Shown: positions 38,210 to 51,140, counted from the first letter of the stretch. The stretch is 64,000 nucleotides of DNA from Octopus sinensis (GCF_006345805.1 NC_043020.1:8370001-8434000); one strand, 5' to 3'. A program made the numbers and translations. Notes: generated by a model from the sequence alone, not told the origin.

Positions 38210-38900
38210 TATTCATCGATCATCCGGTTGCACTATTTGTGCGGATTCCCGTGACTCCGTGTCGCCATCGATTGCATGGTTCATTATATTCGGCAGGTCA
38301 AAGGGATTGCAGTCGATGTCGTCACAAATCTACTTGATACAGGTCTTGGCTTATTGTCCCCTTCTAACTCTTCTTTGTGTAGGCTCCCACAAAAAACACT
38401 AAAAATTTTGTCTTCAGATTTCCAGCAATGCCCTGCGAACCTGACTACACTCTTTGAAAATGTCTAATACTGGACGAAAGTTCCTATACAATCGTTCATT
38501 GGTCAGTGATATTCAAGGCCACTTTTTGTATGCGAGTGTAAGCTCCATCTAATTTTCTTCCCCGTTTTGAAGCGAGGGTTCATGTTGGTTAGATATACAA
38601 TAGAACAGAGATAAGAGTCGCTTAAAAGAGGCATCTTCTCATGTCTGCAAGGTCTAAGTTTCCACACTAGAGATAACTTGTCAACGGCTCCCAAACTTTT
38701 CCAATGTCTGTGATTACATCGCTCTCGCAGCCAGTAATTTTGCTACCTTGACAAGTAAAGTTTTCTACGTAATTGAGTGATGTCCCAGATTCTGTTTTGA
38801 CCGTTCCATTTTGAATATAAACTATCTTTGGCCGAATTCTCAAGACTATGGAGAATCACTTTGTGGGGTTTATAAACATGCATACTGGATCATACACTGG
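38210..38900 (-). pseudogene. Decayed RTE-clade LINE 3' part
   Basis: Minus-strand RKLDGAYTRIQKVALNI ... FLWEPTQRRVRRG ... ICDDIDC matches RTE C-terminal motifs. Many stops. Confidence 0.72.
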
Positions 38901-39054
38901 ATTCGCGAAATGCACCTTTTTTTTTGCCATTAATTCAAGTGTAACATCTTCCTTTCGTCATTGGAATAACACGCTAGCCATGTTTCTACGTGAAATGCTG
39001 ACGAGATGATTGCCTGGTTTATACTTATTCCCGACATATGTATATGATATATGC

Positions 39055-39098
<44 letters not shown>

Positions 39099-39194
39099 CG
39101 GGGAGCTTTATGAAAATAAACAAAAGACGAAGGCAGGTGGAATAAAAACAAACAATTGTATTAGAATGGCGCTCAGGAATACAAATAAAACAAG

Positions 39195-39232
39195 TCTTTT
39201 ACGTTTCGAGCCTACGCTCTTCAACAAAAAGA
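39195..39232 (-). ncRNA. Degenerate minimal hammerhead ribozyme (extra-A type)
   Basis: UCUUU UUGUUGA A GAGC GUAG GCUC GAAA CGU A AAAGA. Stems I-III are present; core C3 and A6 are mutated. Confidence 0.5.
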
Positions 39233-39475
39233 TACACAGAAAAGAAACACGGAGAGAAACAAGGAGAGAAAAAAAATGCGTGCAGAAGCTAGCGAATCAA
39301 CATGGCGAATCCCATATTAACATCCAATCTCCATTTATGAAACATGTGATTGAATTTGTTGAACATCGTTCTATAACTTAAATCATATAGTAATTATATA
39401 TAAAACCACGTGTGAATCGTTGGCGATTTTTTTCCCTCCATCTTCCCTTTCTCTTGGACTTTCCTCTGTTCTCCT

Positions 39476-39510
39476 GTTTCAGAAGAAGAGCTTTGCTCGA
39501 AACGTAAAAC
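39476..39510 (+). ncRNA. Degenerate minimal hammerhead ribozyme (extra-A type)
   Basis: GUUU CAGAAGA A GAGC UUU GCUC GAAA CGU A AAAC. U4 is mutated to A. Confidence 0.55.
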
Positions 39511-40845
39511 TACCTTTCTTTCCTTCCCTGAGCGTCTGCAAATACTTTGTATGTACCACGTGCTCGCGTTGTTATTGTTTTTTTCTTGTGTTTGTTCCTC
39601 GTTTTTTTTTATGGGGATGGGATTTACTACTTTATATATATATATATATTTGTAAAAAATGAAGTTCGAAAATGCTGCTATATTATACAATTTTTAATTT
39701 TTATATATACATTATAACATGTTTCAGTTCCTGAAATGAACTTATCAAAAAAAGTTTATATAAAAAAAGACAGCTCATGCCGTCAAACACAAGAAATTCA
39801 TTTATAATACACAACGGAGTCAGACATCTTAGAGTTCATGTATAGTTGATATATAGTTTGAAGTAAGTTCATTCATGCTATATGTTCAAAGTGTTCGATG
39901 CAGTGGCCCACGGTGGCGATACGTATTCAATACAAAAAACAGATCAAAGTGGTGGAAAGCAGTCAATATAGGAGATTGATGTTTCCGAAAGAGCGAGGAA
40001 TTCATTTTTACCTTAAGCAATTGTGATGACCCATGGTGGGTGTTCGCTGGGTGGTTCTAGTGAGTCTTGTGAAGTGCTCGGTTTTATAATGCCTGTTAGG
40101 TGGTCAGTCCAGCGTAGCGTGACGTCATCAATGTTTTGACCATATATATATATATATATATATTATAAAAAAGGGTTGAATGAGGATTCGTCCTTTAATT
40201 GGAGTTGTTTCCAAGAGATTTCTAACGTTGATTCTTCACACTTTACTTTGGATTTACTATTGTAAAATGACGATGATATGAAAAGTTATATAAGTATATT
40301 AAGTATATGATTTAGTTCGACAAATTCAATCATATTTTTCATAAATAGGAGATTAGATGTTAATGAATTTATTGTCTTTCTGTACGAAACGATCGTCTAG
40401 CGAATTGGATAAATATTTTATCCCATATTAACATCCAATCTCCATTTATGAAAAATATGATTGAATTTGTCGAACATCGTTCTATAACTTATATCATATA
40501 GTAATTATAGATAGAAAGATAGATAGGTAGATAGATAGATATATTTGTGTGTGTAATATATATATATATATTATATATATAGCAATTAAGGACAACTACT
40601 TAATAAGGAAAACTTAACAAGAAATTGTCAGGTAGATAGCGTGAAAACCTCATAAGAGAATAAATTTCGAAAATAATTATTTCTTATTGAACATATTAAT
40701 TTATATATAGAGGGCATTATACATACATGCCAGAGGGCATTATACATACATGCCACACGCTAAGAGGGACAATTAGTCATTTCTACCAAAAATATTACTA
40801 ATCCCACCGAATGCAATTTTTCAAAGTAAGACATTTAAAAAATAT

Positions 40846-40893
40846 AGACCTGTATCACAGTGATTTCATACTTACGTATTCATCAGCAGGCCT
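40846..40893 (-). ncRNA. Minimal type I hammerhead ribozyme, copy 1
   Basis: AGGCCUG CUGAUGA AUAC GUAA GUAU GAAA UCAC U GUGA UA^ CAGGUCU. Complete core, 7-bp stem I, 4-bp stem II with a GUAA loop, palindromic stem III. Confidence 0.88.
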
Positions 40894-41319
40894 GAATGTA
40901 TCATAAATAACGACCCTGCCCCGCTTAAGCCGATCAGCTAACTGATCAACATCAACGAAGCACATGGGTGAGTTTACATATATTACATCCTGTAAATGGC
41001 ATACTTTTACGAATTGCATTTCGGAAAGGAAAAGTTTTTTCGGAATAAAAATTTAGCAATTAAGGACAACTACTTAATAAGGAAAACTTAACAAGAAATT
41101 GTCAGGTAGATAGCGTGAAAACCTCATAAGAGAATAAATTTCGAAAATAATTATTTCTTATTGAACATATTAATTTATATATAGAGGGCATTATACATAC
41201 ATGCCAGAGGGCATTATACATACATGCCACACGCTAAGAGGGACAATTAGTCATTTCTACCAAAAATATTACTAATCCCACCGAATGCAATTTTTCAAAG
41301 TAAGACATTTAAAAAATAT

Positions 41320-41367
41320 AGACCTGTATCACAGTGATTTCATACTTACGTATTCATCAGCAGGCCT
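41320..41367 (-). ncRNA. Minimal type I hammerhead ribozyme, copy 2
   Basis: Identical 48-nt motif, 474 bp from copy 1. Confidence 0.88.
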
Positions 41368-41792
41368 GAATGTATCATAAATAAACGACCCTGCCCCGCT
41401 TAAGCCGATCAGCTAACTGATCAACATCAACGAAGCACATGGGTGAGTTTACATATATTACATCCTGTAAATGGCATACTTTTACGAATTGCATTTCGGG
41501 AAAGGAAAAGTTTTTTCGGAATAAAAATTTAGCAATTAAGGACAACTACTTATAAGGAAAACTTAACAAGAAATTGTCAGGTAGATAGCGTGAAAACCTC
41601 ATAAGAGAATAATTTCGAAAATAATTATTTCTTATTGAACATATTAATTTATATATAGAGGGCATTATACATACATCCAGAGGGCATTATACATACATGC
41701 CACACGCTAAGAGGGACAATTAGTCATTTCTACCAAAAATATTACTAATCCCACCGAATGCAATTTTTCAAAGTAAGACATTTAAAAAATAT

Positions 41793-41840
41793 AGACCTGT
41801 ATCACAGTGATTTCATACTTACGTATTCATCAGCAGGCCT
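41793..41840 (-). ncRNA. Minimal type I hammerhead ribozyme, copy 3
   Basis: Identical 48-nt motif, 473 bp from copy 2. Confidence 0.88.
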
Positions 41841-42041
41841 GAATGTATCATAAATAAACGACCCTGCCCCGCTTAAGCCGATCAGCTAACTGATCAACAT
41901 CATTTCCTTTCCCGAAATGCAATTCGTAAAAGTATGCCATTTACAGGATGTAATATATGTAACTCACCCATGTGCTTCGTTGATGTTGATCAGTTAGCTG
42001 ATCGGCTAAGCGGGGCAGGGTCGTTTATTTATGATACATTC

Positions 42042-42089
42042 AGGCCTGCTGATGAATACGTAAGTATGAAATCACTGTGATACAGGTCT
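42042..42089 (+). ncRNA. Minimal type I hammerhead ribozyme, copy 4 (inverted unit)
   Basis: aggcctg ctgatga atac gtaa gtat gaaa tcac t gtga ta caggtct on the + strand. Predicted cut after 42082. Confidence 0.88.
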
Positions 42090-42202
42090 ATATTTTTTAA
42101 ATGTCTTACTTTGAAAAATTGCATTCGGTGGGATTAGTAATATTTTTGGTAGAAATGACTAATTGTCCCTCTTAGCGTGTGGCATGTATGTATAATGCCC
42201 TC

Positions 42203-42264
<62 letters not shown>

Positions 42265-42568
42265 ATATAAAGGTAAAGACCTCCTGGGATTGCACTTAGA
42301 AAGTTCTCCGAGGCACAAGTCTGGGCAAGGTTGTTTATGGAAGACCATCAGTCGCCCATGCATACCGTCCTCCCCTCTCCATGCCACCGATGTTATCCAA
42401 GAGAAAGACAAAGGGGCCGATACAGTTTGGCACCAGTGACGTTGCACCTCACTTCTACAGCTGAGTGAACTGGAAGAACGTGAAATAAAATGTTTTGCTG
42501 AAGAACACAACCCAAAGTCCGGTCCGGGAATCAAACTCACTACCTCATGATTATGAGCCCAACACTAA

Positions 42569-42644
<76 letters not shown>

Positions 42645-44318
42645 TATATATATGTATGTATGTATACGTATGTGTATGTGTGCGGAGCGAAGGTAGTAGC
42701 ATTAGGGAAAACCGCTGGTATCCCTCGCAATTTTGTTTTACTTTCTGTGGGCGAAGTTCCACAATCTTGGAGCGATCTCTTGCAGGTGGTAATTTAGTTT
42801 CTCCTTTGTCACGCGCTCCTTTTTAGCCATTCAGGAAAAATTTAGTTCATCCATTTTTGACTAATTGAACGAAAACAGGCGACAATTTTAGATTCACCGT
42901 TACCTGTATTATTTTAGCCAGTCAGTTTAACCAATCAAAAAACTAGTAGTTTGTAGTGCTTAGTTTTGACAATATTTTAAACACGTGATTATTGATTCAG
43001 ATTATTCGAATCTCATTTGGCACAAAAGCTTGACACTCGACAGATTAATCTCTCAACGTCTGAATTTCATTCTAACAACGAAACATGTGTAAGCTGTTAC
43101 ATTGTTCCTTTATTTCTTTTCCCCTTGCCTTGTAGGTAACGTCTACCTTGGCTTAGCCTCGACAGAATATTCCTACCAATTGAAATATAGTTACATTTAT
43201 TTAATTTCCCGCTTTACCGAAGACTTTTTTTTACCTCTTGCACACATGTAACCCCCAAAGCACAAACAGTTTCTTTGTCGTGAAATCATGGCTATCGAGG
43301 GATCGTTTTCTGTAGCTTTTTTTTTTCTACAACATAAGTCATCGATGCTCATTTTTTCACAAACCACATTTATGTAAATGTTATCTTGTTTGCTGTATTT
43401 GAAATTTTCTGTATTTGAAATCTGTCCTATTCCGAGCGATGTTCTCAAACCACATGATATGCAATTGCTATAACGTGATTGTACCCACGAGAACTGGCGA
43501 GACTTAAGCTTGTTGTTTGTATTTAAGAAGAGATTAAAAAGAAAAATTCTAGACAAAACTAATTTTTGTTGTGATATTTATGAACACTCATTTAATTACC
43601 TGAAATCTCTTGGGACTAGGATGTTTATGAGTGTATACAAATGCCTACACATGTATAATACACACACATATATTCATGCTATTCATACATATACGCATTC
43701 GTATATATATATATGCATGTTTGACTATGTAAGTATATATACACATATATACATGTACGTATGCATATAAGTATTTTGAAAATACTTGCAATAGTAAGCT
43801 ACAAATTTGATATGAAGAATCTTTATTAGAAATCTAACTTTGGATATCCTCGCCCCCCAGTAAAAGTTCTAATTGAACACAACCTTTCTCATACATATAT
43901 ATACTTACACACATATATACACACACATACGTGTATGTATATATATATATGTGTGTGTATATATATATATATGTGTGTGTATGTATATATATATATGTGT
44001 GTGTATGTATATATATATATATATTGTGTGTGTGTGTGTGTACGTGTGTGCGTGAGTAAACAAATGCGTAGCTAAATCTTTATATATGTTTATACATGTA
44101 TGTATATGAGTATATATATACATATTCTTATATGCGTATATACATACATTTATATATACGTGTATATACATACATATATATACATATTCTTATATATGTA
44201 TTCTTATATATTCTTATATATACATACATATATTCATATTCTTATATATTCTTATATATACATACATATATTCATATTCTTATATATTCTTATATATACA
44301 TACATATATTCATATTCT

Positions 44319-44350
<32 letters not shown>

Positions 44351-44949
44351 TACATATATACATACACACAAACACGCAAACACACAAATTCACACAAATA
44401 CACATACAAACAGTACCATTAGCAACACTTAGAGAGCTTCAACAATAACAGCATCAACGTAAAAACACAACGAAGACAACAGCAACATTAACCACAACAA
44501 CAACAACAAGAGAAACAATGACATCGAGAAAAACAAACATCAAAAACATTGCACACCTCCCCCTCCCCTCAAAAGAAACAGTCTTTGAAGTAAAGCATCT
44601 GGAGAAGTAAGACGTTTCGTGGGGGTGGGGGAGGGGCGAGGCGTCGAGAATGTAAAGGGCCTTTGGAGGTGGGGAGGGGGGGACACGGAGTGGAGAGAAG
44701 GGTAAGGGGGTAAGTAGGGGGGTGCTTGTGGAAGGGGCGGGGTGTGTGGAGGTATTTCTCTGTGTGTGTGTGTGTGTGTGTGGAGAAGGAGGGAAGGTAG
44801 AGAGGGCGAAGGGACCCTGTCGCTCACCGCCGCCGCCGCCTCGCCCTCCCCTCCTCTTTCTTGTTGGTTTTTTAATCAGACATGCCATTCTTGGAATAAC
44901 AACGCTACTCTTTTGTCACTTGATAGCAGATGAAGTGACTCTTTAGACC

Positions 44950-45570
44950 TCTGGATGGTGGTGGCGATAGTGGTGGTGGTGGTGATGGTGGTGGTCGTTG
45001 TGGTGGCGATGGTGAAGATGGTGAGGGGGGGACGGTGGCGGCGTTGCCGAGGTGATAATGGTGGTGGTGGTCGTCGTCGTCGTCGAGACGGTGGTGACTG
45101 TGGTGGCGATAGTGAAGATGGTGGTGGTGGTAGTGGTGGTGGCAGCGATAGTGATGACGATGGTGGTGGTGGTGGTGGTGGTGGCAGCGATAGTGATGAC
45201 GATGGTGGTGGTGGTGGTGGTGGTGGTGGTGGCAGCGATAGTGATGACGATGGTGGTGGTGGTGGTGTGGTGGTGGCCGCAGCGATAGTAATGACGATGG
45301 TGGTGGTGGTGGTGGTGGCCGCAGCGATAGTGATGACGATGGTGGTGGTGGTGGTGACCGAGGTGATAATTGTGGTGGTGGTGGTGGTGGTCGTGGTCGT
45401 CGTCATGGAGATGGTGGTGACAGTGGTGGCGATAGTGGTGGTGGTGGTGGTGGTGGTGGCCGCAGCGATAGTAATGACGATGGTGGTGGTGGTGGTGTGG
45501 TGGTGGTGGTGGCAGCGATAGTGATGACGATGGTGGTGGTGGTAGTGATGATGATGGTGATTGAAGTGGC
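44950..45570. repeat. (GGT)n-rich minisatellite with recurring GCAGCGATAGTGATGACGAT
   Basis: Seen directly. It yields low-complexity ORFs. Confidence 0.9.
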
Positions 45571-45979
45571 GTTGGGGGAGGCGGTGTCTGCGTGATGTCG
45601 AAGATAGATGGCTTAAGTTAGGGCTCCGTGAGGGGGGGGCATGAAGTGGATTGATGGTTAGAATAGTCGGTGGTGGTGGGACTTTCCTGAAACTCATACA
45701 CAAACTTAGATTCAAAGAGACACACCACATCTACAGAAACACACACACACACACACACGTACGTACGCACATGTACAGAGACGCACACATACATATACGT
45801 GCGTTTTTACATATTCATCCGCACATTGTTCCACCACATACACACACACTCACGCATACACACATACATACTGAATCATGCACAAACACAAACATATGCA
45901 CACAATCATGCACACACACACACACACGAATATGTTTACGCACACGCACGCATATATATATGTATACTCACACACTTAT

Positions 45980-46010
<31 letters not shown>

Positions 46011-46031
46011 CATATATAAATATATATGTAC

Positions 46032-46080
<49 letters not shown>

Positions 46081-47364
46081 TATACATACCCATATATACA
46101 CAAGAACACATTTAAACACACCTACATATATACATGTATATTTGTGTGTAATATGATGTGTGTGAGATGTGTGTGTAATGTGTGTGTGTTATAATGTTAT
46201 TATTCTAAAGCACTTTCCAGAATAACAGCTATTTACTAATGGTGTCACTCTCTTCTGTGAGTAAAACCAGATTTATTGTGAAAATGAAAAAGGGAGCTCC
46301 AATCTTCCGCCATCGATTGGTTCAGCCAGTCAAAGGATCTTTGACTTTCATTGACATTTTTTAACAGGCGTGGCTGTGTGGTAAGAAGTTTGCTTGCCAA
46401 CCACATTGTTGCTGGTTCAGTCCCTATAATCTCGGGCCAACCAAAGCCTTGTGAGTTGATTTGGTGGAAGGAAACTAAAAGAAGCCCGTCGTGTAAACAC
46501 ATATACACACACACATGAAAGGGTAATCTTTACATCTAACTTAACATGGATGTCTTGTAAGAACACCGAATGCTGCGTTATTAGCCTTGAGGGATCTTAT
46601 CATATAGATACTTACTGCATAAAAGCACATACATAGATCGTATACTCACATACGTACATAAAAAAGTATATACAAAGACGTCTACGCACGAGAAATCAAC
46701 CGGCTGATTCGTACATTGCAAGTGCAATCTGTGAGTGGAACAGTACAAATATGCAAGACTTTTCTCAAGTTCCAAATGTGAATTTGTCTGTGGCTACATC
46801 CCAAAGATGGAGCCTTGTGTCTTTGTTGGAAACCGGCTCCCTCTTCAGTGGAAGATTTATGATAATTAAAAAAATAAAAGGGACTACATACATATATACC
46901 TAGATAAATCCCCTTAGAAACCTGTACCGGCAACACAAGAGAAGATCAAATACAACCAACGGAGACATTCAACAGTGTATCACACAATACATAAGTAGTA
47001 GTGTGAGTGTGCATGACGTGTGTATGTACGACAGCATCTAAGTACGAATGTCTGAGTTGAACAGTGGGAATGAATGTGCGTCTGCACCTGTATTAGTGAG
47101 GGAAGGGACAAAAAGAGTGGAAAAGTAATTAGGGGAAAATAAATGAGTGTTGGTATGAAATGGACAGAGATTGGTAAGTTGAAAGATAAGTTGTTGTTCA
47201 CGAAGGAGCTGTGTAGAGGTAAGTTTCATACTGAAATAAAAGAAAGACTAGTTACTCTTCCACAATATTCACAGTACAGAGATTAGAGCAATGAATGCCG
47301 AACACCCACATTAATATCTATATATAGATATATACATACACACACATATATATAACACTATTGT

Positions 47365-47770
47365 GCAAAATCTTCCTTTACTAACTAGAGACCCAAAAAT
47401 GAACAACATCCTGAAAGCATATAAATTCATCAAATGCAAAAAGCAACACAAATCACTAAAGAGACTTCTAACAAATGCGAAGCTTTACACAACAACCACG
47501 AAACCAACGGTTAAAAATGTGGACACCCAAACTCTGGAACATGCCCCGGCCAACTTGAAGGCTCGGATTTCTTTTTCAAACAAGGAGAGAGGTTCACAAT
47601 TAAAACTAATTTCACCTGTGCCTCTGAGAATCTAATTTATGTAATAACCTGCTCGGGTTGTGGACAACACTATATAGGACAGATGAGTATGACATTGAGA
47701 CGGAGAACCACTCTACATAAAGAGCAGATCCGGTTCCCGCAATACAGATTCCTTCAACACTTCTTCCAAC
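47365..47770 (+). pseudogene. Penelope-like element relic: linker and GIY-YIG endonuclease
   Basis: One frame gives NLPLLTRDPKMNNILKAYKFIKCKKQHKSLKRLLT. After a frameshift near 47515 it reads CGHPNSGTC...FTCASENLIYVITCSGCGQHYIGQ (LIY..YIG with a CxxC). Confidence 0.85.
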
Positions 47771-47936
47771 ACAATTACAGTTCATGACATTATATACTAC
47801 AACAATACCAACATACACAAAACTTCACCACCACCACCAATACCAGCGCCGTTATCACCACCACTACCACTACCATCACCACAATATCTATCACCACCAC
47901 TAATACTACTACCACCTTCATCCTTATATATTATAT

Positions 47937-47971
<35 letters not shown>

Positions 47972-48399
47972 GACTTCCTCCGTCTTTTGACGGGTCTTAC
48001 ATTTTGTCCCGCAGGGTGTCCAACAATCACCTTCCTCACCAAGCAAGCTTGGTGGGGTTGCCAGTTTATGTTGTATGCATGAGCTGCTCTACGTCGTACA
48101 CCAGAATGATATGTAACCACTCTACCGAGCGTTTGGGTATCGGTTTAGTGTCTGCACGGGATAGCCTACCTCATGGGCAGATAGAAGCTCTTTAACCTTG
48201 GTTGACAATCTACCTAGGAAAAGGAAATTTTCAAAAGAAAACTTGAGGTCTTGGAAACTCCCGGTTTTGTCAATTCTCATGTCACACCAGCCAACATCTT
48301 CTTGGGCCAATAGGTGAGGGCAGTTCAGTGCAAGCTAAACCCACTGATAATTATTCATCCGCACAGGTACTTCTTGTACACAAAATCTTAGTAAAATCA

Positions 48400-48745
48400 A
48401 TGAATTGGTAGGCAGAAACCTAAAAGTGCACTGGCAACTAACCCTGAAATGTCTCTAACAGATTCAGTAAATGGCAAAAAGGCTTGGGAACGTCAGGGTG
48501 AACCGGTCTGGCTCGGCAGGTGTCCCAGTGTATCACAGGCTGGGCCAAGTCGTCATCCTGCCACCGTGGTCAAATAAACATCCTCTGAATTTTAGCTGTT
48601 GGAATGCGCGCGCACTTCTTGATGATTTCAACAAGAGGCCAGAAAGGTGTACTGCACTTATCGCATGTGAGCTTAAGAAATATTCCCTTGATGTAGTTGC
48701 GCTTTCTGAAACTCGTCTCTCTAGTGAGGGTGAAGTAAATGAACC
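48400..48745 (+). pseudogene. RTE LINE 5' fragment (APE endonuclease N-terminus)
   Basis: LNFSCWNARALLD...RPERCTALIACELKKYSLDVVALSETRL, truncated by a microsatellite. Confidence 0.88.
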
Positions 48746-48848
48746 TACGTATGTATGTGCGTATGTATGTGCGTAGGCATCTATGTATGATTGCATGTAT
48801 GTATATATGTATGATTGTATAAGACAGATGCTTGGGTTAGTGGCTAAC

Positions 48849-48952
<104 letters not shown>

Positions 48953-50137
48953 GGGGGCTCAAAAAGAGAGAGTGATGGAGAAAGAGAGAGAGGGACAGAT
49001 AAACAGACATACAGACAGACAGAGGGAGAGAGTGTGTGTGTGATGGAGAAAGAGAGAGGGAGAGAGAGTGAGAGAGAAGCATGATTGCGTGTGATACCAT
49101 TTCCTTGAATGATAATGGGATACCAAACAGCGATTAGAATGTTTGCTGTAAAAGGATAGATTTTCAAACGTACCGAGATTTTCGACAGTCAATTGTCTGA
49201 TTATGGTGATGGTGATGGATGCGGTGGAAACGGTGGTGTTGGATGTGATAGTGGTGTTAGTGGCGGTGCATACCTTTACTAATGTCTCTCACACTCATTC
49301 TACACACACACTCCACACGGACATATTTGCGTGTTTATGTAGGCGCTATATATGTTCGTATATATGTATGCACACAAACATATACAAGTGTGTAAATATA
49401 TATATATATATATACACACACACATATACATACACACATATAGATATTGATATAAATGCATATACAAATCAATTTGTGTATGTATGCATACACGCGTCTA
49501 TATATCAATATATGTATGCATGTGTGTGTATTACACACATACACACATATATATGTATGTATGTATGTATATATGTATACAAAGTTTCTACAAAGCGGAA
49601 CTTTCAATATATTTTTATAATACCAGTTGATATCCGGATTTTTATAAAATATCCCTTACGAGGAAATTACATTTTTTCAATATTTGAAGTGTATGTGTGT
49701 ATGTGTGTATATATATATATTCTCTTTCCTTTTTCTCTTTTACTTGTTTCAGTCATTTGACTGTGGCCATGCTGGAGCACCGCTTTTAGTCGAGCAACTC
49801 GACCCCGGGACTTATTCTTTGTAAGCCCAGTACTTATTCTATCAGTCTCTTTTGCCGAACCGCTAAGTGACGGGGACGTAAACACACCAGCATCGGTTGT
49901 GAAGCAATGTTAGGGGGACAAACAGACACACAAACATACACACACATACACATATATATACATATATATACATATATATGACAGGCTTCTTTCAGTTTCC
50001 GTCTACCAAATCCACTCACAAGGCTTTGGTCGGCTCGAGGCTATAGCAGAAGACACTTGCCCAAGATGCCACGCAGTGGGACTGAACCCGGAACCATGTG
50101 GTTGGTAAGCAAGTTACTTACCACACAGCCACTCCTG

Positions 50138-50174
<37 letters not shown>

Positions 50175-50310
50175 GAGAGAGAGAGAGAGAAATATGGGGG
50201 AGAATATAGCGAAAAAGATGAGCGAAAGAGTGAATGAGAAAGAAATCAGAGTTCGACTTTGGAAACTAAGGAAGTTTGGAGTAATTATTCTTCTACGACG
50301 ACCAAGTATT

Positions 50311-50538
50311 GGCGAGCTGGCAGAAACGTTAGCACGCCGGGCGAAATGCTTAGCGGTATTTCGTCTGTCGTTCCGAGTTCAAATTCCGCCGAGGTCGACT
50401 TTGCCTTTCATCCTTTCGGGGTCGATAAATTAAGTACCAATTACGCACTGGGATCGATGTAATCGACTTTAATACCTATGTCTGTCATTGTTTGTCCCCT
50501 CTATGTTTAGCCCCTTGTGGGTAATAAAGTAATAGGTA
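50311..50538 (+). mobile_element. tRNA-derived SINE family B (~240 bp)
   Basis: ggcgagctggcagaaacgttagcacgccgggcgaaatgc...gagttcaaattcc...ccccttgtgggtaataaag. Other copies at ~1601-1828(-), 27975-28200(-), 28585-28730(-), 37020-37215(-), 37385-37520(+), 52825-53229(-, two) and 53637-54050(+, two). Confidence 0.85.
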
Positions 50539-50574
50539 TTAGAACCTAACCATTCCACGTTCCTTAATGGAATT

Positions 50575-51061
50575 TCCCCCTTATACCGAACCCATCTTTT
50601 GATAAACCAAAACAACTTCCGCAGCTCAACACTGCCACAGACACTGGGCTCTTAGAAGAATTTTAGAGGAGCTCAGAAACACCAGGCAAAAGGCATCGAT
50701 CGTATTCGTTGGGGTTTCTCCAACACATTTCATAATGTCAATAAGGGGCCATGTTACAAACACTCAGATAAGCTTGCCAAAGGCATAACTATAATATACG
50801 AAAATCCATTCAATTTTGGGCAAAAGACAGACCGTACAACTAAAGCATTTCCTACAACCGTAGGCATTTTCCAAGGTGACCCTCTCCAAGCTTTTCTTTT
50901 TTCTTTAGTGGCTGTGTGGTAAGTAGCTTGCTAACCAGCCACATGGTTCCGGGTTCAGTCCCACTGCGTGGCATCTTGGGCAAGTGTCTTCTGCTATAGC
51001 CCCGGGCCGACCAATGCCCTGTGAGTGGATTTGGTAGACGGAAACTGAAAGAAGCCTGTCG

Positions 51062-51140
<79 letters not shown>

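Larger units (their letters stand above)
40580..42210. repeat. ~474-bp tandem array (2.8 units) plus inverted partial unit, flanked by (TA)n
   Basis: tagcaattaagg starts at 40580, 41054 and 41530. The direct run ends at 41902 and the inverted copy spans 41903-42210. Confidence 0.96.

Noticed and set aside
40375-40410. GAAA-CGATCG-TC, resembling hammerhead stem III with a GUC triplet
   Set aside because: There is no upstream CUGANGA core or stem II.
42680-42735. Minus-strand resemblance to U1 snRNA pieces (GGGATACCA, GGTTTTCCC, TTCGCTCCG)
   Set aside because: There is no AUACUUACCUG 5' end, no Sm site and the spacing is wrong. Probably chance.
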